Numbered from the stretch's first letter, positions 29,510 to 41,414 are shown. The stretch: 64,000 bases of DNA from Antedon mediterranea (GCF_964355755.1 NC_092672.1:15996001-16060000), one strand, 5' to 3'. The notes: generated by a model from the sequence alone, not told the origin. Made by a program: numbers and translations.

Positions 29510-30995
29510 AGGCTGGTTTCCTGTCGACGTAAGAACATCACTTTTGTTGCGACTACGTCGATTTGTCGTAAGAAATGCGGATTTTACAGGAAACCGATTA
29601 CGATCGAAAATTTACAAAATCGACGCAACGTAAGAAAAATGGTAACGACAAACGATTTTACAGGAAACCGATGACCTAACAATTGTTGCGTTACGACGTT
29701 TTCTTCCGATTTTACAGGAAACCGGGATTTTTGATCTTACGCTTGAATGAACGCCCTTGCGTCACGTTTCTTACGTCTCTTACGAAAGTTGACTTGAAGT
29801 CAACTTTCGCAAGAGACGTAAGCGCAATCGTAAAAAGCAACCAATGAGCGACAAGAGTTATGACGTAATGTGTATGTCCTTATAGTGAGATAAAGCCGGA
29901 CAATAACATTTGTATGTATTTACTACTATAATTTTAGCCCACTTTACGATGTTGTACATACTTTACAAATGCACAGTAGTGTCAATAATAGGCCTAATAA
30001 TGTTCTAATCAGGGAGTTTACAACTCATATCAAAATCTAATACTCTTATTTATGGACGTGCAATAAACAATCAGCATCGGTAGAAACGTCACGAAAATGA
30101 ACATTTGCAACAAGATAAGATATAGAAAGCCCCTTTGTAAGCAATATAATATTATTATGTAACTTTAAAAAAAAATTGTTTGCTTGATTTTGTATAATTT
30201 ATATTGTTTTGTTAAATTTATTCTTATTATAGGCCTGTAAATAATGGGTATCTTACTGCGGTAGTACTATCTCATGCTCGATTAAAGTATGCCTGGGCCC
30301 ATAGGCCAAGGCCTAGCCTAGGGCCTAGGTAGGTCTAATAATAATAGGAATCCCGAAATGATTTGCCTTTTTTTAATTTTGAAAACTATTTAAGGCTAGG
30401 CCTAAAGGGCCAGGATAATTCATTCATATTTTGATTCATACAATAATACATAGGCCTACTAGCCTAGGCTCCTTATAGGCTAGTTTGATTAGATTTTGGT
30501 CAAATCAATTCCTATTAGTACAGTATTAATTAAGTATTATTACTAATACTAGGGCCTAGCCTATCTACTAAAAATAATATGTTGGTGTGCTGCACTGACA
30601 CTGATGCTGAGTTGCACTGACACTGATGCTGAGTAGCTACAGGTACAATAACATCATTCAACATTTCGCGCGAAAAATGATAAAACCCGCTCTAAAAAGA
30701 AACACCAATCAGAGATGTTGTTTCAAATACGTCATAAATCTGACCGACGTAAGAAAAAAATTTCAACTTTCGTAACAACACTAAAATCGACGTAAGCATA
30801 CGACGTGTGTTTCACAGCTAAAATTTCAACTTTCGGGAGCAGCATAACTACAGATGTTTTTCTGCGGCCCGACACGATCTTGACTAACGTCAACGACGTC
30901 AATTTTTTCTCAACTTTCGTAAGAGACGTAAGAAACGTATGAAACGCAAGAATCGTTACAAAATTCGACTTCTTACGTCGACAGGAAACCAGCCT
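29510..30995. mobile_element. PIF/Harbinger-type MITE
   Basis: 26-bp TIR AGGCTGGTTTCCTGTCGACGTAAGAA with TAA/TTA flanks. Confidence 0.8.
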
Positions 30996-31330
30996 TTAGT
31001 GTACATCTGCACGATGCCACGCGGTAACGATGAAGGAGGATATGGATGGCCTGATAGTGTGTAGTGTACTAATAAACTACTACTCAAATATACTGTATTT
31101 TACTTTAGTTAGGCCGCTAGTGAGTAGGTAGTATCATAGAAAATCTTTCTAGGCATAGGCATCTAAGCCAAATGGGTCAAATAAACAACTATATTTAATC
31201 TGCTTCTTTGTTATCAGGAACAATATCGGAATAATTTTATTTTCCGTACCACCGATCGCAGATCGCACCATCATTTATCACTGAAAACATTTTGTAAAAT
31301 CAAAGATTGTATAGCGCCGCTACGCGCTTA

Positions 31331-32954
31331 AGCCTGTTTTCCTGTCGACGTTAAGTTACGTTGAGTTGCGTTGAGTTGCGTTGAGTTGACATATTCAACG
31401 ATTTAACAGGAAAAGGGGGTAAAAATTAACGTTGAAAATCGTTAAAATCTTAAATCGTTAAAGTTGAACTCGGTTCAACTTTAACGATTACGATCGTTAC
31501 GATCGTTAAAACTGACCAATCAAATGTTCCACAAATTACGTCATTGCAGTTTGTGAAAAAATAGGTACGCGCTGACAATTCTTGAATGTTTACAACGCGA
31601 CGATGTTTTTCACCTTTTTTGTACACTTTTAAGGTATGATATTTATAAAAAACAAGTGTAAGTTAAATTAAATTATAATATTAAACCAATTAAATTTAAT
31701 GTTTGTCTTTAGTGTAAGCCTAGATTAAGATATCAACGAAAGTATGTCCTAGGCTGGGTTTAAGCATCAAAACCCGTAACTTTTTCAATTTTCACGCGGT
31801 CCCGGCTGCGATTTTTTTTTCGTACATAAGTTGGGGACCCCTTAATGAAACGTCACATAATAAACATGAATAATTCATCAGTTAAATTTTCTTGTTCCGT
31901 GTGCACCCAAGCGTATAGCAACAAGAAGCGATTACACGACACAACTGCGATACGATTCTAGGCCTATCTCCGCTGTATGCGATTTCATAAAAGAATAGCG
32001 GCGTTTTGTGTGGATTGTCGAAATAATCAGCCTTTAGTTTAGTTTAGTTTTTTAATATAATGTATTACTAAAGAATTACGTGTTAAAATTATAGTTTCTA
32101 TTAATACTATTAGGCCTAATTATTAGTCTCTAAAGCCCATGTCTATTCTAGTAGTCTGTATTTTTTTAATTCTGCTATTTTATTATCAAACAATATGCAT
32201 GAACTCAAAGGAACTTTAAAAATGCGCGTATATGAACACATGAGATGGGAAGATTAGACCCACGAGAATAAAAAATGTATTTTTGTGTAATGTTTAATGT
32301 TTAATTTTGCTGACTTATTACTCGGATTGTGTCATACCTAACACACACACGTCACACACACACACACCGTACCCACACAGCTACTACTAGAATAGACATG
32401 GGTTTAGAGACTAATAATTAGGCCTATAGTATTTATTAATAGAAACTATAATTTTAACACGTAATTCTTTAGTAATAAATTATATTAAAAACACCATAAA
32501 CAAAGGCTGATTATTTCGACAATCCACACAAAACGCCGCTATTCTTCTATGAAATCGCACGCCGCAACAACAGCAGCGGAGATAGGCCTAGAATCGTACC
32601 GCACTTGTGTAATCACTTCTTGTTGCTATACGCTTGGGTGCACACGGAACAAGAAAATTTAACTGATGAATTATTCATGTTTATTTTGTGACGTTTCATG
32701 AGGGGGTCCCCAACTTATGTACGAAAAAAAAAATCGCGTCCCGGCTGCGCGTGGCCGGCCTTAGTTTTGCAACACTTCACGTCCGCGTGTCCCAGCAACG
32801 CTCGAGAGAACCAAGAAACTATGAACGATCGCGTAAAAATGTGTAAATATTGGCGGTCCGACTCGATCATCGTCATCGCTATTTTATTTTCAACTTTAAC
32901 GATTTTAAACTCAACGCAACTCAACGTATTTCAACGTCGACAGGAAAACAGGCT
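31331..32954. mobile_element. PIF/Harbinger-type MITE (related family)
   Basis: 22-bp TIR AGCCTGTTTTCCTGTCGACGTT, TTA TSD. Confidence 0.85.
31808..32737. mobile_element. Mutator/MULE-type foldback MITE
   Basis: About 350-bp imperfect TIRs with G...C termini. Perfect 9-bp TSD GTCCCGGCT (31799-31807, 32738-32746). Confidence 0.88.
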
Positions 32955-33286
32955 TTATTTGGTACAAGCAGAGACAAACATATCTTTTGCATATGCATGA
33001 GACTCTGTGACGACACGCTTTAACGTGACGTCATTTTACTTTAGCTGCATGCGAAGAAGTAGTCCATTTTGGAGAGCCAATTATGAAAGTTACCTATTAT
33101 GGACAAACAACAGCGCCCTCTAGTCCCTATTATGGACAGAAAGTCCCCTATTATGGACAGAAAAGTAACCTATTATGGACAGATTTCACCAACCCTATTG
33201 GGATTTTCTGTATTGTAACCAAATAATATGGAGGTTTTATCAATGTTGATCTTTGTTTTTGAAATGTTTTCCCACCAAGTGGTGAA

Positions 33287-33585
33287 TGTTGTGAACGGCG
33301 CCCGCTGGGTAAACAGACCACCCCTCCGACCGAACGAGGGCGTCGCCCCGATAGCTTGATTTGCATACAGGGGGTATGCAAATGTTAACGTGGAGCCTCG
33401 ACGCCGCCCGAACCGGTCTATTCGAAGCAGGGAACCAAGCAAACAAGACGGAGGACACCGATAATCTATATTGACTTGGACTTGCTCTTCTATATCTTGT
33501 GTGATTTAGGACAAGCGGGACTGTTAAGGTAAGCCTAGTAGCTTTCATTATCAGGCCATTCCAGCACCAACCTAAAATCACAACA
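33287..33585 (+). repeat. 5' LTR
   Basis: TGTTGTGA...TCACAACA; one mismatch seen versus the 3' LTR. Confidence 0.95.
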
Positions 33586-33586
33586 T

Positions 33587-33600
33587 TGGCGCTGCGAGCA
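33587..33600 (+). promoter_or_regulatory. primer-binding site (tRNA-Ser-like)
   Basis: TGGCGCTGCGAGCA 1 nt after the 5' LTR, complementary to a typical tRNA-Ser 3' end. Confidence 0.75.
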
Positions 33601-33832
33601 AAAGCTCGGAAATCTTTTTTTTTGGTGGGGAGGCGGGTGCCTTGATTGCCAACTGGCATTCTTAACGTGATCGGGTTGATTGCGAGGTATTTCGTCCTCT
33701 GCTGAAACTATTAACTTATTGTACTTACGGTGCATTTGTTAGTTTATTGAAGTCGATATCTTTATTGAAGATTACAACATACCGGTAAAGTTAATCACGC
33801 AGTGTTGTGGCATTTGGATACTTGCTGATTAG

Positions 33833-34477
33833 TGTAATATAACGATATACTTTTATATTTAAGAAATTGACCTTTGTATCGGAATTCAAATAGGTTCACA
33901 AACTTGACCCAGAAAGTCCAGAGGAGAGTTTGTCCAGATGTTTTAATGACCATTTAGTTTATAATAGAGTCCCTAAAGAAAACACTTAGCTTAATTTTGT
34001 GACTGTTCCCATCGTAAAACAATTATATATTGACAGTTTTTAGCAGAGATTCGACAGGGCCAATTCATCATTGTAACCTCCCCAGATAAGATCAATCACT
34101 CCCACTTAAACACCCCTGGATCAACTTAGGACCAATCGTTACCCTCACAGATTACGTAGTGACATATACAAATGAACCGAGGGCCAATATACTCCCAAGT
34201 TTCAGAAGGGCCCAGACACACCTTACAGCCACCTCACGGAGCACACACCTCACAGCCACTTCTTCAGAAGAACATCTACACCTCACAGCCACTTCTTCAG
34301 AAGCAGACCTACACACTTCACACCTCACCGACAGCATCATTGATCCTCCGTTCCTTATCTATACTTATAGTTGTATATTGTACTGAAGTATTATACTGAA
34401 TAAACAATATATGTGTTACGACAGTCAAGCGAGTAAGAGTCTTCATTAGTACCTCAACAACGCAACATTATATTACA
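33833..34477 (+). mobile_element. solo LTR (family 2) nested in the Gypsy 5' leader
   Basis: TGTAATATAA...TTATATTACA termini, homologous to 16947-18139. Flanks TTAG/TATC do not form a TSD. Confidence 0.78.
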
Positions 34478-35057
34478 TATCGACGGGGTTAGTCGATGCG
34501 TACCGGGAGTTGTACTTTTTTTGCTGTAGTTGAAGGATTAGTGGGCAGTTTACTAGGCCGTATCACCTGGTGGGATACTAGGCGTGGCCGTTGAACTGAG
34601 TGGCACCACTAATTTTAAATTTGATTGTTTTTTATTGATAACATCTTTTTCGTCCGTCAGTCAGGTTTTTCATCTTGAGAAATTATACTGGCTGTGCGTA
34701 TTATATTGTGTTAACCTCACAGTGGCATTATCGCTCTCCTTTCTTTGCATCGGGGGAAGGTTTAGTGGTAAGTGTTGTTAAACTGTATTGACGTCTTTTT
34801 GAATGATCTAGTTGCTTCTCATTGCAGGTTTGCTGGTGAAATATTTTATGATATTTGCATCTCCAACAGCCATTTTGCAATATTGTGTGTGGATTACTGC
34901 ATTGACGATATTTGATTCTACTGTTGGGCCTGTAATTTTTATTACGTCTGGCGGTATTTTAATTTGTATCGTACTCTTTGCTTAATAACATCGGCCATAC
35001 ACTGTAACTAGATTTAGGAGCATAACAACCCAATAGAAGAGAAACACTTTTTAGATC

Positions 35058-36961
35058 ATGTCGTCTAATAAGGTTCTAGTTAACTTTTGCCCAGTGCAAG
35101 ATCTTCATGGAGTCCCTAATGTAGGGAAGAAACGAGCAACTAGAATAATTAAATGGCGGGCTACCCATGGCAACATTACGCCCTCTAATATTAACCAGAT
35201 ACACGGAGTAGCTGGTACTGCCAGGTTAGTGGACTACCTGGATTTTCAGCCGAATCCGAGTATAGGGGGAGGCGTAGGCCAGATGATTGATAATGTGTCA
35301 CCTCTAGTGGAAAAGCAAAATAGAGCGGCCAGAAAGGGGTCGCAGGTCTCACAATCTGTAGATATGGAAGGGGCATACCGGGGGCAAAATGACGGGGGCC
35401 ATAGTGGTCGATACCACGTCCTCTCATCGCCCCAGGCTACTCCTTTATTAGACGTACCAGGTACGTATTATACTGCAGGACCTGCTAGTGATCCTCGTTA
35501 TCTCGAGGGTGGGCTTAGGGCTTATACGCCATCCACCTTCGCTGGGCGTTCTGACCAGGATAGGAGTAAGAGTAGGTCAACACAACGTAGGAGCTACATC
35601 AAAAAGCCATCTCCAATAACCTTAGACTCGTGTTTTAGCTCTAGGGAGGACGAGGAGGAAAGACTCCCCAGGAGACTATCTAAAACCGCTAGGTCTAAAA
35701 CTAGGGCTCGCCGGCGATCTCCATCAGCCAGCGATAGTGACCTTAGTGGGGATGGTGCTGATACTGATAGTAGCAGGAGTAGAGAGTCGGATAGACATAG
35801 TGCAGGGGCTAGGACAGCAGTGGAGTGTCTTAGGGCTACCTCGAGAATCGGGCACTATGAAGGCCGGCAGAGTTTTTTAGAACGTAGGAGGATGCGTAAA
35901 AAAGATATACCTAGGTCTCTAACGTTTAAGGGGAGGGGAGACAACTGGTCCTTTTTTAAGCGGCGGTTGGCTTCATTTATAGAGGAACAGGAACACACAA
36001 ACCGTGAAAGTAAGGACGTCCTTACTTGGTGTTTAGACGGGGCGGAGGCTGAGTTCTATGTGAATCTGATAGAAATGGACGCTGATATGGGCTTTAGGCA
36101 GATCATTAAAGCTTTCAACCGACGTTTTAGTGAGGACGAGCTCCCCGCAGTCCTCCAAGCTAAATTAGAGACTGCTACGCAAAATGAGGGAGAGACTATA
36201 GAGGAATGGGGAGATAGAGTGCTAACCCTGACTAGAAAGGCGTTTAAGGATTTGCCCAAGGAGTGGATCCAAGAGCAGGCCGTAGTTAGGTTTTGTATTG
36301 GGTGCAGGGATGCAGAAGTAGGTATAGGCACGTCATGCACAAGCACTGCTCAACTATTCCCAGAGCTATTAGGGAGTTTGAAAAATATGATAGTTATAGG
36401 GGGTTATATAGTAAACGTAAGAGTAAGGTTAAGGATACCGTGAAACCTCATGTTAGGTCCACGGTCCGTACTTCTTTTGCACCCCCACTATCTTTTCAGC
36501 TACCTTCAGAAGACCAGGACGATACCGAGGGTGAAACTGGCGATGAGGTGTCCATTCAGCAGGTGCGAGGGAGGCCTATGAGGGGAAACCGTGTAACGTT
36601 TCAAAGGCCAGCACCAGCTTGGGTTCCTCCGGAACCCGCACCTACTGACGGCCAGAACCAGCCTCGAACTGTGACGTCGGTGCCACCCACCAACAATACT
36701 CCTACTACGGAGGCCCGTTTGGTTACTGTGGAGGGTAATTTCCTGACGTTGAATACCAATCTGGGACGGGTGGAGAACACCGTGAACACGGAGATTGCCG
36801 CCATGCGGAATCAATTGGATCAGCTCATGCGTTTCCTGAGACCAGGCGAACTGGCTTGCTTTGAATGTAAGGAGGTGGGACACTTCCGCAGGGAGTGTCC
36901 GAGGTTAGCGAGCCGTTTGCGTCAGGTTAGTGGCAATGAGCAGGATCCGTTAAACGAGTAA
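35058..36961 (+). pseudogene. gag: Gypsy gag: N-terminal HhH module, RS-rich region, capsid-like region, CCHC knuckle; one frameshift near 36325
   Basis: ORFs 35058-36443 and 36293-36961 join at ..RDAEVG/RHVMHK... The C-terminal part has CFECKEVGHFRREC. Confidence 0.88.
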
Positions 36962-37009
36962 GGGTTGGGTCAGAGGGCCGACGACCTAACCCGGTTCCGG
37001 AAGCTGGCC
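36949..37009 (+). promoter_or_regulatory. candidate -1 ribosomal frameshift signal (slippery site + pseudoknot)
   Basis: G_TTA_AAC, 6-nt spacer, stem GGGTTGGGTC (36962-36971) / GACCTAACCC (36983-36992). Loop GGCC can pair with GGCC at 37006-37009. Confidence 0.65.
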
Positions 37010-40000
37010 AGAAGGAGGATGGTTCCTCGGCTATCCCCAAGCTAGGCCCGATGGCCAAGCCTGTAGATACAGAGGGGGGTAGCACTGGATCCTGTGACGA
37101 TCATTGAGCCATCTGCAATTAGCTCAGGGCTGATTGAATCATCTACACCGACGACAACCAAAACTGAAGAGACTCAAACCCGGATTGTTATCAATAGGGT
37201 AAAGTCGTTGAATGCGTTGCATGCAACTGCTTTTGTCAATGGTACAAAAATTGACGCAGTCGTGGACACTGCAGCGGATTTTACCATACTATCCGATAAG
37301 GTTTATAAAAGTCTAGATCCGGCACCACCTGTGGTGTCCACCCTGTCCTTTACTTTGGCAGGGAGGGGGACATCTATGCCAGGGTCGAAGGTGGGGCCTT
37401 TACAGTTTACATTGGGAACCAAAGAGTACCATGAATTCTTTTATGTTGCCCCCATCAATGACGATATGCTCTTGGGTGGGGATTTTCTTCATCCACAGGG
37501 AGCCGTTATCGATTGTGGAAATTTGCTTTTGACAATTGGGGGCAGTACCATATCTCTAAGAGGGGATTCACCGATGGAGCCTAGGGTTGCCCAGGTAACG
37601 GTGGCTAAACGGAGAGTAATTCCTCCTCACTCAGCCGCTCATGTTAAATGTAAACTTGTGACTAACAATTTATCTATGCCTGATTTCTTTATAGAGCCAG
37701 TTCCAACTACTGACGATGTGGCGATACCGGCAACTTTACATCTACGCACTGATGCGCCATGCATCTGTGTCATCAACACATCTGACCACTACCTTACTAT
37801 GAAAAAGGGTAGACAGATAGGTACGGCCAGGGAAGCTGAAGGGGTGAGTGTGTTCCAGACGGGGGTGACTCCGTCCGAGGATGCTTTGTCGAATCAAGCG
37901 GACGATGACGGTGACCAACCTGAGGGGGTGCCGGCGCACCTAGTGGGTATGTTGGACTCTTCGAGATCTAATCTCTCAAGTGAAGAGGCTGACGCGCTCA
38001 CTAAACTATTGGTTGATTACCAGGATGTCTTCGCCGCTCATCAGTTCGACATTGGCACCTTTGGTGATTTTGAACACACACTGGAGATGCCTCACCAATC
38101 AGGCAACGGCTCCGCCATACTCCTCTGCGTTTTGTGGGGGAGGAGGAAAAGGAGATAAAGAAGATGTTGGAGGCTGGTGTTATTCAACCATCCATGTCCG
38201 AATGGGCATCACCGCCTGTGTTGGTCCGGAAGCGCGATGGTTCTGTGCGCTTTTGCATTGACTATCGAGCTCTCAACAACATCACGACTAAAGATGCGTA
38301 TCCATTACCTCTGATTCGTGATTGCCTTGACACACTGTCGGGGAATATCTGGTTTTCTAAACTGGACGCGATTTGGGGTTACTGGCAGATTAAGATGAAG
38401 GATGAAGACCGTAAGAAGACAGCGTTTATCACCAAGCATGGCCTGTATGAATTCGTGAAAATGCCATTTGGTCTTACCAATTGTCCTGCAACCTTCTCCC
38501 GTGCCATGGGTTTGGTGCTGCGAGGATTGGCGTGGGATACGGTATTGGCATTTCTCGATGATATTGTCGTGCTAGGTAAAACGTTTGAAGATCATCTCAG
38601 CAACCTCTCTCAGGTTCTGCAGCGATTTCGTGTTAACAACTTTAAACTTAAACCTAAAAAGTGTGTTTTCTTTCAGAAACAGGTTGAATTTTTAGGGCGA
38701 ATCGTTGGGGAGGATACGGTGGCGGTGTCCGATTCGGATATAAAGGTTGTTCAAGACTGGCCGACACCTACCAATCTGAGAGAAGTACAACAGTTCTTGG
38801 GGTTGGCTAATTACCATAGAGAGTTCATTGAGAACTTTGCTGGTTTAGCTGCACCTCTATATGAACTCACTAAAAAAGAGGTGAAGTTTCACTGGGATGA
38901 GGAACAACAACAAGCGTTCACAGGCCTGAAAGCTGCTCTCGTTCAACCTCCTCTACTCGCCTTGCCGAACGGGACTGATGAATTTATTCTGGATGTCGAC
39001 GCTTCGGATCAAGCGCTAGGAGGCGAGCTGCTCCAGGTACAGGAAGGTAAAGAGAAGGTAATTGCATACGCAAGTGCCCGTCTAACTCATGAACAACGGA
39101 ACTATTGCACAACACGCAAGTAGTTGCTAGCAATTGTGTTCATGACAAGGCATTTTAGGCACTACCTTCTAGGTAGACCTTTTAGAGTGCGGACTGATCA
39201 CAACAGCCTGACCTGGCTCCTCAACTTCAAGCAACCACAGGGGCAACTCGCTCGGTGGATCGAGGAGCTGAGTCAGTACCACCTGCTGATTGAACACCGC
39301 CGAGGGCAACGCCATGGCAACGCCGATGCTCTTTCTCGCCGACCAGAAACTCATGACAGTAGCCACGAACGGCCGGCGCTTGAAGGGCTTCCCTGTGGGG
39401 GCTGTTCGTACTGTCAACGAGCGGATGCAAGATGGTCAGCGTTCCAGGATGGAGTAGACGACGTTGTGCCCATCGCGCACATACACCAGGTAGCCGTGGA
39501 CCACCTGGAGGGTACTCTGCCAGGGGACGATGTTCCTTGGGACCCCGGTGGACAAGTAAGTATAGAGGTATCACGGACTGCTACTAACGGTACGATTCAG
39601 TTTTCTTTCCTACAGGACGATGATGGTGGACGAGTGGCTGCAGTACAGCTACGCCCGAAGGGAGCCGAGTGTTGGGGTTATTCACTGGACGAGCTACGGC
39701 AACATCAAACGAGTGATCCTGACTTGGCACCTGTTCTGGACTGGTTGCGGAATGGGGAACCTTCCGAGAATCAGCTGTTTATCTCCAGCGCTGCCACCAA
39801 ACACTACTGGCTGAATAGGCAACGCTTGCATCTCACGGAAGCAGGTATACTGTTCATCAACCAAGCAGAGGGTACCGGACGACTACTTTTGTTGCCCAAG
39901 GAGCTACACGCCGTAGCTTTTAGGTTACATCATGATTTGCCGTCGGCGGGTCATCAAGGGGTCGCCCGGACCAAGTTCCGATTGAAGGAGAAGATTTTCT

Positions 40001-41182
40001 GGTACGGTATGGGCGGGGATATACAGAGGTATGTACAGACTTGCAATATTTGTAATAGAAGCAAGAAGGCTACTCGGCAAGGTCGACACCGGTTGACTGA
40101 ATTCCAGGCCGGAACGCGTACATATCGATTTCCTCGGCCCGTTACCAAAAACTGAACCGGGGAACATTTACATTCTTATGATGGTCGACCAATTCACAAA
40201 ATGGGTTGAGATCAGCCCGCTCTCGTCTCAGGTTGCGGAGGTAACCGCTAGAGCCCTAGTAAGGAACTTCTTCTCTAGATTCGGTGTACCTTTTCAGCTA
40301 CACTCAGACCAGGGGAGAAATTTTGAAAGTGAATTGTTTGCATCTTTATGTAAAGTTTTACAGATCCACAAGACCCGGACGACAAGCTACCGACCGGCGG
40401 CTAATGGTCAAGTAGAGCGATTTAATCGCACACTCATGGATGCTGTACGATGTTTCGTTGGGAAGAGACAACGAGACTGGGATGTCTATCTACCGCAGAT
40501 TGCTGGTGCACTACGCGCCACGGTGAACCGCTCGACTGGTTTTACTCCAAACATGCTGATGCTGGGCCGAGAGGTTAATTTACCAGCTGATCTCATGTTC
40601 GGAGAATGCCGGTCCACTGATGAGCAGGAAGCCGCTATCTACGTTGCAGATTTGGTGAAAGCGACCCGTGATGCCCATGGCATCGCTAGGGATACGCTAA
40701 AGCAGACTCAGAAGAGAATGAAACGGGACTATGATCTTCGAGTGCTGGAACGTCCATACCAATGTGGGGACAAAGTCTACGTTCTGGACAACGCTACCCC
40801 TCGGGGGAAGTGCAAGAAATTGTGTCCCCCCTGGAAGGGGCCCGGTATTATTACTAACGTTATTAGCTCTTGTTTATTTCAGGTGCAGCTGAGAAATAAG
40901 ACGGTGGTGTTAAATCATGATAAGCTGAAGCCCTGTCGGGATCGACAACTTCCCAAATGGCTGGCTGATTTTCATTTACCCCCTCTCTCTTCACCTACAG
41001 ATCCGGATGCAGGAGGACCGTTGTATTTTCTATGTCGCCAGCCCTGGGCCGGCTCATTTATGATACAATGTGATTATTGCGAGGTGTGGTACCATGGTGC
41101 ATGTGTGAATATTGCACCATCTGAGGCCTTGGACATCGACTTATCTCGATGTGCGGACTGCAGGTCCTCGGTTAACGATTAG
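36953..41182 (+). pseudogene. pol: Gypsy pol (PR-RT-RH-IN with C-terminal PHD finger), disrupted
   Basis: ORFs 37094-38158, 38134-39123, 39124-40155 and 40178-41182. Frameshifts near 37075, 38085 and 40115; in-frame TAG at 39121-39123. Confidence 0.93.
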
Positions 41183-41406
41183 GTACTCGCGTTTATTTTC
41201 TCTTCTTCCTCAGGCAGGGACCAGTTGCCGTTTGCTGACGGAAGCGGGGGACGGTGCTACTGGCATGTTCCACGGCCATTGACTATCTGAAGAGATCGTT
41301 GGGAGCAGTCTACATAGCTACGGGTATCGGGTGTTTTTTCACGTACGAAAATCACCCGGCTTACCCCCGAGGTGGATCCGGGACGGGGTGCCCACTTTTC
41401 AAACAC

Positions 41407-41414
41407 GGGAGGAG
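41407..41414 (+). promoter_or_regulatory. polypurine tract
   Basis: GGGAGGAG immediately before the 3' LTR. Confidence 0.7.

Larger units (their letters stand above)
29022..33065. mobile_element. non-autonomous TIR element with 8-bp TSD, host of several nested MITEs
   Basis: 47-bp perfect TIR core GACTACTTCTTCGCATGCAGCTAAAGTAAAATGACGTCACGTTAAAG (29026-29072 / 33018-33064). ATTTTGGA TSD at 29014-29021 and 33066-33073. Empty site visible at about 41885-41905. Confidence 0.85.

Noticed and set aside
33151-33735. Antisense ORFs of 66-150 aa overlapping the LTRs (also 41254-41709)
   Set aside because: They recur only because the LTR is duplicated, show no recognisable domain, and run into unrelated flanks.
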